A stretch of DNA of 64,000 bases from Alphaproteobacteria bacterium (GTDB lineage Bacteria; Pseudomonadota; Alphaproteobacteria; MPNO01; UBA830). The translations under genes and the position numbers were made by a program. A model generated the notes under the pieces. The model had not been told where the DNA came from, made no database searches, and was given only the letters and a program-made list of their open reading frames with translations. The stretch lies in contig OZ219791.1 of assembly GCA_964291215.2 (NCBI GenBank), forward strand, positions 1,504,001 to 1,568,000, read 5' to 3'. Below are positions 31,466-45,158 of the stretch, piece after piece. Each line of letters begins with the position of its first letter. Position 1 is the first letter of the stretch.

Positions 31466-33805
31466 CTACTCGACCAACTCCTCGACCTGGCCGTCGCCGC
31501 CGTCAGGATCGGCATCCGGATCCTTGTTCTTGCCGCGGCGCTTCGGTGGCGCCGATTGCAGGATGAAACTTAGGCTGTCATCGGCCTCCTTGACGTCGAC
31601 CTGGACCACGCCGCCCTTGGAGAGCTTCCCGAACAGGATCTCGTCGGCCAGTGGCTTCTTGATCTCATCCTGGATCAGACGAGACAACGGCCTCGCGCCA
31701 TAGGCCTCGTCATACCCCTTTCGCGCAAGCCAGCCGCGGGCAGAATCCGACAGCTCGAACGTCACGCCGCGATCTTCGAGCTGGACTTCCAGCTGCATGA
31801 TGAACTTGTCGACGACCTGCAGCACGACATCCTTTTCGAGGCTGGAGAACGCAATGGTCGCGTCGAGGCGGTTGCGGAACTCCGGCGTGAACATCCGCTT
31901 GATCGCCTCCTCGTCCTCGCCGACACGCGTCGTGCGCTCGAAGCCGATTGCCGGTTTCGCAAGCTCCATGGCACCGGCGTTGGTCGTCATGATGAGGATG
32001 ACGTTGCGGAAATCCACGCTCTTGCCGTTATGGTCCGTCAGGCGCCCGTGGTCCATGATCTGGAGCAGGATGTTGAAGACATCGGGATGCGCCTTCTCTA
32101 TCTCGTCGAGCAGCAGCACTGCATGGGGATGCTGGTCGATGGCGTCGGTCAGCATGCCCCCCTGGTCGAACCCGACATAACCGGGCGGCGCCCCGATCAG
32201 CCGGGATACGGAATGGCGCTCCATGTATTCCGACATGTCGAAGCGGACCAGCTCTATGGCCATCACGTTGGCCAGCTGCCGGGCAACCTCGGTCTTGCCG
32301 ACGCCGGTCGGGCCGGAGAACAGATAGCAGCCGATCGGCTTTTCGCCCTCGCGCAGGCCGGCGCGCGACAGCTTGATCGCCGCAGAAAGCGCCTCGATTG
32401 CCTTGTCCTGCCCGAACACCACCGTCTTGAGATCGCGGTCGAGATTACGGAGCGACTCCTTGTCGGACCGCGATACGCTCTTTGGCGGAATGCGGGCGAT
32501 CTTGGCGACCACCGCCTCCACGTCCTTGACCGTGATCAGCTTGCGCCGCTTGTTCTCCGGGACCAGCATCTGGGCCGCGCCGACCTCGTCTATGACGTCT
32601 ATGGCCTTGTCCGGAAGCTTGCGGTCGGTGATGTATCTTGAGGCCAGCTCGACGGCAGCGCGAACCGCGGCGGCGGTGTAGCGCACACGGTGGTGTTCCT
32701 CGTAGCACGGCCTGAGGCCGCGCAGGATCTTCACGGCATCCTCGACCGACGGCTCGTTGACGTCGATCTTCTGGAAGCGCCGGACGAGGGCACGGTCCTT
32801 CTCGAAATAGGACCGGTATTCCTTGTAGGTGGTCGAACCGATGCAGCGGAGCGTGCCGCTCTGCAGCGCCGGCTTGAGAAGGTTCGAAGCGTCCATGGAT
32901 CCGCCACTAGTGGCGCCGGCGCCGATGACGGTGTGAATCTCGTCGATGAAGAGGATCGCGCTGTCGTGGTTCTCAAGCTCGTTCACCACCGCCTTGAGCC
33001 GTTCCTCGAAGTCGCCGCGATAGCGCGTACCGGCGAGGAGCGCCCCCATGTCGAGAGCGAATATCGTGGCCCCGGAAAGCACTTCCGGCACCTCTTCGTT
33101 GAAGATGCGGCGCGCCAGCCCCTCGGCTATCGCCGTCTTGCCTACGCCCGAATCGCCGACATAGAGCGGGTTGTTCTTGGTTCGTCGGCACAGCACCTGG
33201 ATCGTGCGCTCGATCTCGAGTTCGCGGCCGATGAGGGGATCGATGCGGCCCTCGGCCGCCTTCTTGTTGAGGTCGACGCAGTATGTCTCGAGAGCCTCGC
33301 CCGGCGAGTTATTTCCGCGTTCGTCGCCCTCTTCCGCGGCACCGCGCACCCGTCGGCCTTCGGATTGGCCCGCCACCTTGGCAATGCCGTGGCTGATGTA
33401 GTTGACGGCGTCGAAGCGCGACATCTCCTGTTCCTGCAGGAAATAGACCGCATGGCTTTCGCGTTCCGAAAACAGCGCAACCAGCACATTGGCCGCCGTC
33501 ACTTCCTGCCGGCCCGACGACTGCACATGTATCGCGGCGCGCTGGACGACCCGCTGGAAGCTTGCCGTGGGCTTGGCGTCGGTGGCGCCGTCGACCGCTA
33601 GATTGCTGAGCTCTTTGTCGATGTAGTTCTCGAGTTCGCTCTCGAGCTTGGCGAGATCGACGCCACAGGCCTTGAACACGGCGATGGCGTCGGGATCCTC
33701 GATCAGGGCCTTGAGCAGATGTTCAAGCGTTGCGTATTCGTGACTGCGCCCGGCCGCATCCGCGAGCGCGCGCCGCAAACTTTTTTCGAGGTTCTGTGAA
33801 AGCAT
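31466..33805 (-). CDS. clpA: ATP-dependent Clp protease ATP-binding subunit ClpA
   Basis: HEYATLEHLL, two Walker A motifs (GDSGVGKT, GPTGVGKT), RFDMSEYME; adjacent to clpS. Confidence 0.97.
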   Translation of the reverse strand: MLSQNLEKSLRRALADAAGRSHEYATLEHLLKALIEDPDAIAVFKACGVDLAKLESELENYIDKELSNLAVDGATDAKPTASFQRVVQRAAIHVQSSGRQEVTAANVLVALFSERESHAVYFLQEQEMSRFDAVNYISHGIAKVAGQSEGRRVRGAAEEGDERGNNSPGEALETYCVDLNKKAAEGRIDPLIGRELEIERTIQVLCRRTKNNPLYVGDSGVGKTAIAEGLARRIFNEEVPEVLSGATIFALDMGALLAGTRYRGDFEERLKAVVNELENHDSAILFIDEIHTVIGAGATSGGSMDASNLLKPALQSGTLRCIGSTTYKEYRSYFEKDRALVRRFQKIDVNEPSVEDAVKILRGLRPCYEEHHRVRYTAAAVRAAVELASRYITDRKLPDKAIDVIDEVGAAQMLVPENKRRKLITVKDVEAVVAKIARIPPKSVSRSDKESLRNLDRDLKTVVFGQDKAIEALSAAIKLSRAGLREGEKPIGCYLFSGPTGVGKTEVARQLANVMAIELVRFDMSEYMERHSVSRLIGAPPGYVGFDQGGMLTDAIDQHPHAVLLLDEIEKAHPDVFNILLQIMDHGRLTDHNGKSVDFRNVILIMTTNAGAMELAKPAIGFERTTRVGEDEEAIKRMFTPEFRNRLDATIAFSSLEKDVVLQVVDKFIMQLEVQLEDRGVTFELSDSARGWLARKGYDEAYGARPLSRLIQDEIKKPLADEILFGKLSKGGVVQVDVKEADDSLSFILQSAPPKRRGKNKDPDADPDGGDGQVEELVE

Positions 33806-33809
33806 GCTG

Positions 33810-34202
33810 TCAGGCCTTTTCCAGGGTGCATTGAAGCGGATGCTGGTTCTTCCGGGCAAGGTCCATCACACCCTGAACCTTGGTTTCGGCAACCTCGTAG
33901 GTGTAGACGCCGCACACGCCGACCCCCTTCTGGTGGATGTGGAGCATGATGCGGGTTGCATCCTCGTCGGACTTATTGAATAGCTTGCGAAGCACATGCA
34001 CGACGAACTCCATCGGCGTGTAGTCATCGTTAAGCATGATGACCTTGTACATGGATGGCTTCTTGGTCCTGGTCCGTTCCTCGACGACGATGCCCGTGTC
34101 ATTGTCGCCGCTGCGCCGGGGACGCCGGTCGTCGTCATCTCCCGAACCGGCGGGTGCGCCTTTCATTCGCACGGCTGCCGGGAATCCTGTCCTGTCTCTC
34201 AT
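33810..34202 (-). CDS. clpS: Clp protease adaptor ClpS (start uncertain)
   Basis: [34 protein letters not shown]. Confidence 0.95.
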   Translation of the reverse strand: MRDRTGFPAAVRMKGAPAGSGDDDDRRPRRSGDNDTGIVVEERTRTKKPSMYKVIMLNDDYTPMEFVVHVLRKLFNKSDEDATRIMLHIHQKGVGVCGVYTYEVAETKVQGVMDLARKNQHPLQCTLEKA

Positions 34203-34328
34203 TCGGCTCACGCCCATCCTCACGATCATGATCAATAATATGGGCTCGACAAACACCGATCAAACGGATTTCGCGATGCCGGCGACGGCCCGGCGGGCCC
34301 CGTCCGCGCCGGGAGGCTGGACAAGAAC

Positions 34329-35213
34329 TCAACGCGTCCCGCCGCGCGCTTCGCGCAGCGTTGCATAGTAGCCTGCAACGAAGATGATGACCGCGCCCGC
34401 CCATGTCCAGGCATCCACGATCTCGGCAAACAGCAGGAATCCGAACAGCGCCCCGAGCGGCAGCCGAAGGAAATCGAACGGCATGACGGCGCTGGTATCG
34501 GTCGCAGCGAATGCGCGCGCCTGACAGACATGCGCGGCCCAGCCCGAAACCGCCATGACCAACAGCGGCAGCACATCCTCCGGCCTCGGGTCGACCCACG
34601 CGAAGGCCGCGGGCACCGCGGTCAGCGGAACCATGAGGACATTCATCCAGAACACGGTGACGACGGCGGAATCGGTGCGCGTCAGGATCTTCACGCAGGA
34701 CCATGCCCCCGCATAGAGCACCGAGGACAGCACGGCGAGCAGGACCGGTACCTCGAGCACAACGAAACCGGGGCGAATAATCATCAGCGCGCCGCCGAAA
34801 CCGACCAGCGTCGCCGTCCAGCGATGGAGGCCGACGCGTTCGCGGAGCACCACGACCGCCGCGATCGTGGTGAACAGCGGGATCAGGAAGGTCAGGGCGA
34901 TGGCATCGGCCACCGGGATCTCGGCGAGCGCGTAATAGAGCGTCACCATGGCGAAGAGCGCGAACAGCGTCCGCACCACGTGGAGCGGTAGTCGCGTCGG
35001 GCGCAGCGCGCGGATGCCGGATCCGGCCACCAGCGGGACCACCATGAACAGCCCGACGAGCGAGCGCACGAACACGATCTCGAAGGCATCGAACCGCCCG
35101 CCGAGATGGCGGACGCTGGTCATCATCACGGCGAAGCTGACGGCCGCGGCTATCGCCCACAACGCGCCGCTGACGAATTCCCCGCGGCCGCTGTCGCCGC
35201 CGGTGACGATCAT
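34329..35213 (-). CDS. DMT/EamA family transporter
   Basis: About 10 TM helices, LRERVG.HRW, IIRPGF. Confidence 0.88.
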   Translation of the reverse strand: MIVTGGDSGRGEFVSGALWAIAAAVSFAVMMTSVRHLGGRFDAFEIVFVRSLVGLFMVVPLVAGSGIRALRPTRLPLHVVRTLFALFAMVTLYYALAEIPVADAIALTFLIPLFTTIAAVVVLRERVGLHRWTATLVGFGGALMIIRPGFVVLEVPVLLAVLSSVLYAGAWSCVKILTRTDSAVVTVFWMNVLMVPLTAVPAAFAWVDPRPEDVLPLLVMAVSGWAAHVCQARAFAATDTSAVMPFDFLRLPLGALFGFLLFAEIVDAWTWAGAVIIFVAGYYATLREARGGTR

Positions 35214-36430
35214 GCCCTGCGGGCGTTCATCAGACGGAGGCGCAAAGCGTTGAGGCGAATGAAGCCCTCGGCATCCTGCTGATCGTAGACGGAATCGGCC
35301 TCGAATGTGACATGCTGTTCTGAATAGAGGCTCACCGGCGACCTCCGTCCGACGACGCTGACGGATCCCTTGAACAGCTTCAACCGCACGGTGCCGGTGA
35401 CGAATTTCTGGCTTTCGTCGATCGCCGCCTGGATCATCTCGCGTTCGGGCGAGAACCAGAACCCGTTGTATACGAGCTCCGCGTAGCGCGGCATCAGCTC
35501 GTCCTTGAGATGGGCGGCGCCCCGGTCGAGGGTGATCGATTCGATGCCGCGGTGGGCGGCAATCAGGACGGTGCCGCCGGGCGTCTCGTAGATGCCGCGC
35601 GACTTCATCCCGACATAGCGGTTCTCGACGATGTCGACGCGGCCGATGCCGTTGGCGCCGCCGAGCTCGTTGAGCCTGGTCAGGACCGCGGCCGGGCCCA
35701 GTGTCTCGCCGTCGACGGCCACCGGATCGCCGGCCTCGAAGTCGATTTCCACGTAGGCCGGCTCGTCCGGCGCCCTTTCGGGAGCGACCGAGCGCGTATA
35801 CATCTCCTCATCCGGTTCGATCCAGGGATCCTCGAGTGCACGGCCCTCGTAGGAGATGTGGAGCAAGTTTGCATCCGTCGAATAGGGCGGCTCGTCGACC
35901 CTGTCGCGCGAGATCGGTATCTGGTGTTCACGCGCATAGTCGAGAAGCCGCGTTCGCGAACCGAGGTCCCACTCGCGCCACGGCGCGATCACCTTGATGT
36001 CGGGCTCGAGCGCGTAATAGCCGAGTTCGAACCTGACCTGATCGTTGCCCTTGCCAGTCGCCCCATGGGACACGGCGTCGGCACCGGTCTCGCGGGCGAT
36101 CTCGATCTGGCGCTTGGCGATAAGCGGCCGCGCTATCGAGGTCCCGAGGAGGTACACGCCTTCGTAGAGTGCATTGGCGCGAAACATCGGAAAGACGAAA
36201 TCGCGGACGAATTCCTCGCGCAGATCGTCGATATAGATCTCCTTCACCCCTGCGTTCTCGGCCTTCCGCCGGGCGGGCTCAAGCTCTTCGCCCTGGCCGA
36301 GATCGGCAGTGAACGTGACGACCTCGCAGCGATAGGTGTCCTTCAGCCATTGCAGGATCACTGACGTGTCGAGGCCGCCCGAATAGGCGAGCACGATCTT
36401 GTTGACCTCTCCGGGCACAGGTCCGGCCAT
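35210..36430 (-). CDS. argG: argininosuccinate synthase
   Basis: [42 protein letters not shown]. Confidence 0.97.
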   Translation of the reverse strand: MAGPVPGEVNKIVLAYSGGLDTSVILQWLKDTYRCEVVTFTADLGQGEELEPARRKAENAGVKEIYIDDLREEFVRDFVFPMFRANALYEGVYLLGTSIARPLIAKRQIEIARETGADAVSHGATGKGNDQVRFELGYYALEPDIKVIAPWREWDLGSRTRLLDYAREHQIPISRDRVDEPPYSTDANLLHISYEGRALEDPWIEPDEEMYTRSVAPERAPDEPAYVEIDFEAGDPVAVDGETLGPAAVLTRLNELGGANGIGRVDIVENRYVGMKSRGIYETPGGTVLIAAHRGIESITLDRGAAHLKDELMPRYAELVYNGFWFSPEREMIQAAIDESQKFVTGTVRLKLFKGSVSVVGRRSPVSLYSEQHVTFEADSVYDQQDAEGFIRLNALRLRLMNARRA

Positions 36431-36462
36431 GGAACACCTCCAGATCAATGATGATGCGGCCG

Positions 36463-37602
36463 TCAGGTCTGGCGGCGCATGCGCTCGCTTGCCGTCCGCA
36501 ACTGTCCGCAGGCGGCAAGGATGTCGCGGCCGCGCGGTGTGCGCACCGGCGACGAATAGCCGGCGCGGTTGACGATCTCGGCAAAGGCGGTGATGGCGTC
36601 GTCACCCGAGCACTCGAACGGGGCTCCCGGCCACGGGTTGAAGGGGATGAGATTGATCTTGGCGGGGATGCCGCGAATCAGGCGCGTCAGTTCGCGAGCG
36701 TCGGCAGGCGAATCATTGACCCCCCGGAGCATCACGTATTCGAAGGTGATGCGCCGCGAATTGCGGGCCGCGGGATAGGCGCGGCAGGCGTCGAGGAGCT
36801 CGGCGATCGGGTATTTGCGGTTGAGCGGGACGATCCGGTCCCGCAATTCATCAGTGACGGCATGGAGGGAGATCGCGAGCTGCACGCCAAGTTCGGCGCC
36901 GACGCGCGGAATTTCGGGCACCACACCCGCAGTCGAGAGGGTGATACGCCGGCGCGAGACGTTGATGCCCTCCTCGTCCATGATGATGCGCAACGCTTGT
37001 GCGACATTGTCGTAGTTGTAGAGCGGCTCCCCCATCCCCATCATCACGATGTGGGTCAGCTGGCGCGACTCGCGCGAGGACGGCCATTCGCCGTAGGAAT
37101 CGCGGGCCACCATGAACTGCCCGACGATCTCCGCCGGGGTGAGGTTGCGCACGAGGTGCTGCGTGCCGGTATGGCAGAACCTGCATGCCAGCGTGCAGCC
37201 GACTTGCGAGGACAGGCACACGGCACCGCGATCCTCTTCGGGAATGTGGACGGCCTCGGCCAGATTCCGGTCGGAAAACGAGACCAGCCATTTCCGGGTG
37301 CGGTCGGCAGCGGTCTGTTCGCTTGCCACCTGCGGCCGCGAGATGACGAACCGCTCGTTGAGCGCGCGGCGCAGATCCCTGGCGAGCGTGCTCATCCCGG
37401 AGAACTCGCGCGTGCCGTGATGATAGATCCAGTGCCAGACCTGTTTTGCACGGAACGGCGACAGCCCCAGCGCCGCGAACGCAGCCGTCATTTCGGCGCG
37501 CGAAAGCCCGACCAGATCGGTCCTTTCCGCCCCCTCGGGCAGCGGCTCGGCAACGCTATCGACGATTGTGACCATAACGGACAATATAGGCGGCAAAGCC
37601 AT
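36463..37602 (-). CDS. rlmN: dual-specificity RNA methyltransferase RlmN
   Basis: [18 protein letters not shown] radical SAM motif, [18 protein letters not shown]. Confidence 0.96.
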   Translation of the reverse strand: MALPPILSVMVTIVDSVAEPLPEGAERTDLVGLSRAEMTAAFAALGLSPFRAKQVWHWIYHHGTREFSGMSTLARDLRRALNERFVISRPQVASEQTAADRTRKWLVSFSDRNLAEAVHIPEEDRGAVCLSSQVGCTLACRFCHTGTQHLVRNLTPAEIVGQFMVARDSYGEWPSSRESRQLTHIVMMGMGEPLYNYDNVAQALRIIMDEEGINVSRRRITLSTAGVVPEIPRVGAELGVQLAISLHAVTDELRDRIVPLNRKYPIAELLDACRAYPAARNSRRITFEYVMLRGVNDSPADARELTRLIRGIPAKINLIPFNPWPGAPFECSGDDAITAFAEIVNRAGYSSPVRTPRGRDILAACGQLRTASERMRRQT

Positions 37603-37641
37603 GCCGGTCGACCGGTACGGTGCCGCTTCCGGGAAGCATCG

Positions 37642-38511
37642 ATGACCGTCACGCCCGCCCTGCGGGGCATCCTCTGGATGCTGGCCAGCGTTAGCTGCTT
37701 TTCCGCGATGATCATCGCGGTCAGGTTTCTCGCTGACACCTTGCCGCCGTTCCAGCAGGTCTTCCTGCGCAGCCTCATCAGCCTCCTGATCGTGCTCCCG
37801 ACCATGACGGGCGGCCTTCGCGGCATCACCGCGAGCTTCCGGTCTGACCGGGTCGGCGCAACATATCTGGCGCGGGCGCTGTGCACCTTCGTCGGGGTGT
37901 CAGCATGGTTCTTCGCACTTGTCGAGATGCCGCTTGCGGAAGCCGTGGCGCTGCATTTCACCCTGCCGATTTTCGCGCTGATCTTCGCCGCATTGATCCT
38001 GCGCGAACGGGTTACCCGGGCGCGGTGGCTGGCGGTCGCGCTCGGTTTCGCCGGCGTGCTGATCATCCTGCGCCCCGGGATCGCCGCCTTCGACGCGATG
38101 GCGCTCGCGGTGTTCCTGTCCGCCGCCGGCTATGCCGGCGGCGACATCGGAACCAAGATGCTGGCCCGCACCGAACAGACGCGGCTGATCGTGTTCAACC
38201 TCAATCTCTACCTGGCGGTGTTCGCCGCCATCCCTGCCGCAATGGTATGGCAGACGCCGGTGCTGGCGGACTGGCCCATGATCCTGTTCATGGGCGGTAC
38301 CGCCTACGCCGCGCACATGTGCCTGGCGCAGGCGTTCCGGGCGGCGGATGCGAGCGCGGTCATCCCGATCGAATTCGTCCGGCTGCCCATCACCTCGGTG
38401 TCAGCGTGGTACTTTTTCGCCGAGGTGCCCGACATCTGGACGCTGATCGGCGCCGTGGTGATCTTTGTCGGCACCTGGCACGTGACGGTCCGCGAACACC
38501 GTCGGGCCTGA
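37642..38511 (+). CDS. DMT/EamA family transporter
   Basis: Hydrophobic C-terminal part of ORF 36448..38511 starting MTVTPALRG; LRERV, ILRPG. Confidence 0.88.
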   Translation: MTVTPALRGILWMLASVSCFSAMIIAVRFLADTLPPFQQVFLRSLISLLIVLPTMTGGLRGITASFRSDRVGATYLARALCTFVGVSAWFFALVEMPLAEAVALHFTLPIFALIFAALILRERVTRARWLAVALGFAGVLIILRPGIAAFDAMALAVFLSAAGYAGGDIGTKMLARTEQTRLIVFNLNLYLAVFAAIPAAMVWQTPVLADWPMILFMGGTAYAAHMCLAQAFRAADASAVIPIEFVRLPITSVSAWYFFAEVPDIWTLIGAVVIFVGTWHVTVREHRRA

Positions 38512-38526
38512 CCGCATCCGGTCCGG

Positions 38527-39738
38527 TCACGCCCCGGGAGCTACACGCTGCCTGAGGGTGCGAATCCACCAGACGGCACCGGCGACCACCGCTATCTGGG
38601 GGATGATCGCGATCATCACCGCGTCCCAGCCCAGCTCGATCTGGAGATATCCGGCGAAAAAAGACGAAACCGCAGCCAGCACGTAGGCGATCGTGTCGTT
38701 GGCGCCCTGCACCTTTCCCTTCTCGGCGGCGGTATGGCAGGTGACGAGAAGCTCGGTTGAACCGACCAGCATGAGGTTCCAGCCGGCTCCGATCAGGACA
38801 TTGGTAAGAAAGAACGCGGTCACACTGATGCCGGAGAGTCCGGCAGCCACGCCGGCGGCAAACAGCAGGAAGCCCATCAGGATGACTTTGAGCGTTCCGA
38901 ACCGCGTGACCAGCCAGCCTGAAAAGAAGGACGGCGCAAACATCGCGAAGATGTGCCACTGGATGACGAAGGTGATGTCGCCGAAGGTGTGGCTGCAGGC
39001 GTGCATCGAAAGCGGCGTGGCGGCCATCATCAGGATCATGCCGGCCCACGCCACGGCAGTGCCGGCCGCGGCAACGACAAAGGCCGGCTGGCGCATGATC
39101 TCCGTGAGCGGCCTCGCCGCCGCGACCGGAGCGGTCCGTCCGGCGGCAGGCGAGGATCCCTCGGGCATGCGAATGAACTGGACCGTCAGAGCGAGAAGAA
39201 GCGGCACCACGGCAAGCACGACGTATGTTCCGGCAAACTCGACCGGCGCCAGCAGATCCTTGGTATGGTTGGCGATGGCACCGCCGACAAAGGCAGCAAC
39301 CACGCCGCCACCGATAACCAACGCGATCGCCTTCGGCCGGAAGCTCTCGTTCGACGCCTCCGCGGCCGCGAATCGCAGATATTGGGTGAAGGAATTGAAG
39401 GCGCCAAAGCAGGACGTTCCGGCAATGAAGATCCAGAGATCGGTCGCCAGGATGCCGAGCGTGCACAGGCAGCACCCGGCAAGGCCGAACAGCGATCCGC
39501 CGGCCATTCCGGCACGTCTGCCGAACCGCTTCATCAGCATCGAGGCCGGCAGCGCCATCACGGCGGTTGCCATCCACATGAAGGCGTGGGGCAGCGTCGC
39601 GAGCGACTTGTCCTCGGCGATCATCGCGCCAGCGAGCGCCGAGACCGTGATCACCACCGTAACCGAGGTCTGTGCATACCCCTGACAGACTGCCAAGAGC
39701 GATACGTTGCGCCTCATGTGCGGTATCTGCATGCACAT
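38527..39738 (-). CDS. MFS transporter
   Basis: About 12 TM helices, MKRFGRRAG, YLRFAAAE, IQWHIFAMFAPSFFSG. Confidence 0.9.
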   Translation of the reverse strand: MCMQIPHMRRNVSLLAVCQGYAQTSVTVVITVSALAGAMIAEDKSLATLPHAFMWMATAVMALPASMLMKRFGRRAGMAGGSLFGLAGCCLCTLGILATDLWIFIAGTSCFGAFNSFTQYLRFAAAEASNESFRPKAIALVIGGGVVAAFVGGAIANHTKDLLAPVEFAGTYVVLAVVPLLLALTVQFIRMPEGSSPAAGRTAPVAAARPLTEIMRQPAFVVAAAGTAVAWAGMILMMAATPLSMHACSHTFGDITFVIQWHIFAMFAPSFFSGWLVTRFGTLKVILMGFLLFAAGVAAGLSGISVTAFFLTNVLIGAGWNLMLVGSTELLVTCHTAAEKGKVQGANDTIAYVLAAVSSFFAGYLQIELGWDAVMIAIIPQIAVVAGAVWWIRTLRQRVAPGA

Positions 39739-39810
39739 CCACCAGGTTCAGGGCAGGCGAAGGGTCACCGGCCGCAGCTCCGCGCGCGTGGAACCGGCAG
39801 GCCGACCGCG

Positions 39811-40314
39811 CTACTTTACCTTGCAGGCCCTGCTGATTGCCCTGTGAGCCGCCGAAAAGCCCCGTAGCGAGTAGGTATCCCGCGTCTTCGTTCCGCGCGA
39901 CGAGACGCCGGTCACGATCATCTGTTTTCCGGCCCGCATCGCGGCGACGAGCGCGTCGTCGTCCTTGCGGCTGCTGGCCCACGACGCGTCTTTCTCGGTG
40001 AAGAGTTCGAACTTCCTGCCGCCGATGACCACCCTTACCGGGCTGCCCTTTTTGTGGACATAGCCGGCTGTGAACATGACCTGATTGATGCTCTTGTCGC
40101 CCGGCCGATGACTCACCACGCCATGTATGCGGCCACGCTTGGTGTATTTTCCCTCGTGCTTTTTGGGCTCGCTGTAGGTCCAGCAGACGCGGGACTTGCC
40201 GCTGCCCTCGGCATGGGCAATCCAGTCGGTGAAGGTGCCCAACTCCGTGCCCTGTGCCGGCAGCGACAACGCCGCCAGCGCCATCAGCATTCCTGTCGTG
40301 ATCGTCGTTTTCAT
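39811..40314 (-). CDS. invasion-associated locus B (IalB) family periplasmic protein
   Basis: Signal peptide, GTFTDW, C.....P, SSRGTKTRDTYSLRGFSAA...C. Confidence 0.85.
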   Translation of the reverse strand: MKTTITTGMLMALAALSLPAQGTELGTFTDWIAHAEGSGKSRVCWTYSEPKKHEGKYTKRGRIHGVVSHRPGDKSINQVMFTAGYVHKKGSPVRVVIGGRKFELFTEKDASWASSRKDDDALVAAMRAGKQMIVTGVSSRGTKTRDTYSLRGFSAAHRAISRACKVK

Positions 40315-40985
40315 CCTGCGCTCGTCTGTCTGCACCCCTTTGTCGGCTGACTGGCCTCCCCGGCAATCCCGGTTGCGAAAGGACCGCTCCTGCCGCTCCA
40401 TGCGTCGCGCCAGATATGCCGGCACCCCGTCATGCTACCACAGACACTGGCACCGCTTGAAGGGTACGCGGCCCATCCACGGCCGCGTATCGCGGGCGCC
40501 ACGGCCAAAGCAGGCCTGCTGTTCGGCGGATGCGCGCGTCATCCGATTCGCCGCCATGCACTGGGCGCAGCCGTCCACGGCGCCTGCTGCGATCACATTC
40601 GACAGGTGATCGTCCGCGGGGCGCCGAAAGCCCCGATGTCCGGGTCGTTGCGCAGCACCCCGAATTTGCCGGCACATCTTGCCCAGGCGGTCTTCGTCAT
40701 CATGGCTCAGTCTGCGTTGAAGCCAAGCCCGAGGAATCCAGACACAGCGCTCCGGAACAGCGGGGGTCTGAACCGAAACGCCACCCCACAGCTTGAGCGC
40801 TGCGGGCTCGGGCCCAAAAAAACGGCTCTCGACGGGTTGCCGAAATCCGCCAACTTGGCTAGTTTGCGAAACAGGGAAGAACCTGTCCTCCTCGCTGCTC
40901 TGACCGACAAGGGCACTGGCGCTTCGCGAATGGAAGCGCGGTGTACAGACTGTCGGGCAGCAGAGTTCACCTATACGGATCGCGC

Positions 40986-43468
<2,483 letters not shown>

Positions 43469-43492
43469 GAGCCGCACCCGGCGGATCTGGAC

Positions 43493-44410
43493 ATGACCGA
43501 CCGCTCGATCAGCGGAACCGTCGGCGTCGCGGCCGGACTTCAGGACGGCGCGTCGGTCGCGGACTTCGTCGCGCTCCTCAAGCCGCGGGTAATGTCGCTG
43601 GTCGTGTTCACCGGCCTCGCCGGAGTGGTCGTCGCGCCGGGTGGCGCACATCCGATCGTCGCAGCGATAGCCGTCCTGTGCATTGCCGTCGCCACCGGTG
43701 CGTCCGGTGCCATCAACATGTGGTACGAGCGCGATATCGACGCCCTGATGGACCGTACGCGGAACCGGCCGCTGCCGGCCGGGCGCATGCGCCCGGATAC
43801 CGCGCTGGCGTTCGGCGTCATTCTTGCCGGCGGCTCGGTGATGGTCATGGCGCTCGGCGTGAACTGGCAGGCGGCGGCGCTGCTGGCGCTCGCCATCGGT
43901 TTCTACGTGTTCGTCTATACTGTCTGGCTCAAACGCCGCACACCGCAGAACATCGTCATCGGCGGCGCGGCCGGCGCCTTCCCGCCGATAATCGGCTGGG
44001 CTGCGGTCACCGGCAGCATCGACCCTGGCGGCATCGCGCTGTTCGTGCTGATCTTCATGTGGACACCGCCGCATTTCTGGGCGCTTGCGCTCTACAAGCA
44101 CGGCGACTACGAGAATGCCGGCGTGCCCATGCTGCCGGTCGTCGTCGGCGTCCGGGAGACCCGCCGGCAGACATTGCTCTATACAGCACTCCTGTTCCCG
44201 GTGTCGCTGGGACCATGGTTCGTCGGCGCAGCCAGCGGTGCCTGGGCGCTGTTCGCCGCCACCGCAGGGCTGGTCTTTCTCGCTCTGGCGGTCGATGTCG
44301 TGCGTAGCGCCAGCGAACGATCGGCACGGCGGATGTTTGCGTTCTCGGTCCTTTACCTGTTCCTGCTCTTCGGCGGCCTCATGATCGACAGCGTGGCGGG
44401 GGGCTGGTAG
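43493..44410 (+). CDS. ctaB: protoheme IX farnesyltransferase
   Basis: LKPRVMSLV, DIDALMDRTRNRP, WTPPHFWAL. Confidence 0.96.
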   Translation: MTDRSISGTVGVAAGLQDGASVADFVALLKPRVMSLVVFTGLAGVVVAPGGAHPIVAAIAVLCIAVATGASGAINMWYERDIDALMDRTRNRPLPAGRMRPDTALAFGVILAGGSVMVMALGVNWQAAALLALAIGFYVFVYTVWLKRRTPQNIVIGGAAGAFPPIIGWAAVTGSIDPGGIALFVLIFMWTPPHFWALALYKHGDYENAGVPMLPVVVGVRETRRQTLLYTALLFPVSLGPWFVGAASGAWALFAATAGLVFLALAVDVVRSASERSARRMFAFSVLYLFLLFGGLMIDSVAGGW

Positions 44411-44413
44411 GCG

Positions 44414-44545
44414 ATGCGCCGACTCTCCGAAATGCACCGTCGGCGCCGCAGCCGCAACATCGCGATTGCCGCCGCGATCTTCGCGCTCGCCTTCCTCTTC
44501 TACGTCATGTCCATCGTCCGCATGTCCGGCGGCGCGGTAGGCTGA
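44414..44545 (+). CDS. CoxF-like small membrane protein (43 aa, absent from ORF track)
   Basis: MRRLSEMHRRRRSRNIAIAAAIFALAFLFYVMSIVRMSGGAVG fills the ctaB-ctaG gap; basic N-terminus plus one TM. Confidence 0.8.
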   Translation: MRRLSEMHRRRRSRNIAIAAAIFALAFLFYVMSIVRMSGGAVG

Positions 44546-44546
44546 C

Positions 44547-45140
44547 ATGGCTGTCCCGCTCGCTGCCCGCAACCGTCGCATCGCCGTCACGGCATTCTGC
44601 TTTGCCGCGCTGATGGTCGGTGCCGCGTTCGCCGCCGTACCGCTTTACAAGATCTTCTGCCAGGTGACGGGCTATGGCGGGACGCCGCAGATCGCCGAAA
44701 CCGCGCCCGCGACAGTGCTGGAAAGGCGCATGACGGTGCGCTTCAATGCCGATACCGACCCCGCTCTGCTCTGGGAGTTCGCGCCCGTACAACGCAAGAT
44801 CAGAATCCGCGTCGGTGAGCAGGCATTGGCCTTCTATCGTGCCCGCAACCTGTCGGACCGCGCTGTCACCGGAACGGCCACCTTCAACGTTACACCGCTG
44901 AAGGCTGGCCAGTATTTCAGCAAGATCGACTGCTTCTGTTTCACCGAGCAGACGCTTGCGCCCGGGGCGTCCGCCGACATGCCGGTCACCTTCTTTGTCG
45001 ATCCCGCGATAGCCGACGATCCCAATCTCGACGACGTGACCACCATCACGCTGTCGTACACCTTCTTCGAAACCGAGCGCGAACCCGACGACAACCGCAC
45101 GGCGGGCGCCGCCGGGGCCCCGGCGGCGCACGACAGCTAG
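44547..45140 (+). CDS. ctaG: cytochrome c oxidase assembly protein CtaG/Cox11
   Basis: VPLYKIFCQVTGYGGT, KIDCFCFTEQ, ITLSYTFF. Confidence 0.96.
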   Translation: MAVPLAARNRRIAVTAFCFAALMVGAAFAAVPLYKIFCQVTGYGGTPQIAETAPATVLERRMTVRFNADTDPALLWEFAPVQRKIRIRVGEQALAFYRARNLSDRAVTGTATFNVTPLKAGQYFSKIDCFCFTEQTLAPGASADMPVTFFVDPAIADDPNLDDVTTITLSYTFFETEREPDDNRTAGAAGAPAAHDS

Positions 45141-45158
45141 ACAACGGAGCAAGAGCAC

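Noticed and set aside
36448-37641. Long N-terminal extension of the DMT transporter (687-aa ORF)
   Set aside because: Antisense to rlmN; transporter-like sequence starts at ATG 37642.
38390-40366. 658-aa minus-strand ORF
   Set aside because: Alternative frame over the IalB and MFS genes; low-complexity Arg/Gly-rich translation.
40320-40980. ORFs between ialB and coxB
   Set aside because: Overlapping short ORFs without motifs; treated as divergent promoter region.
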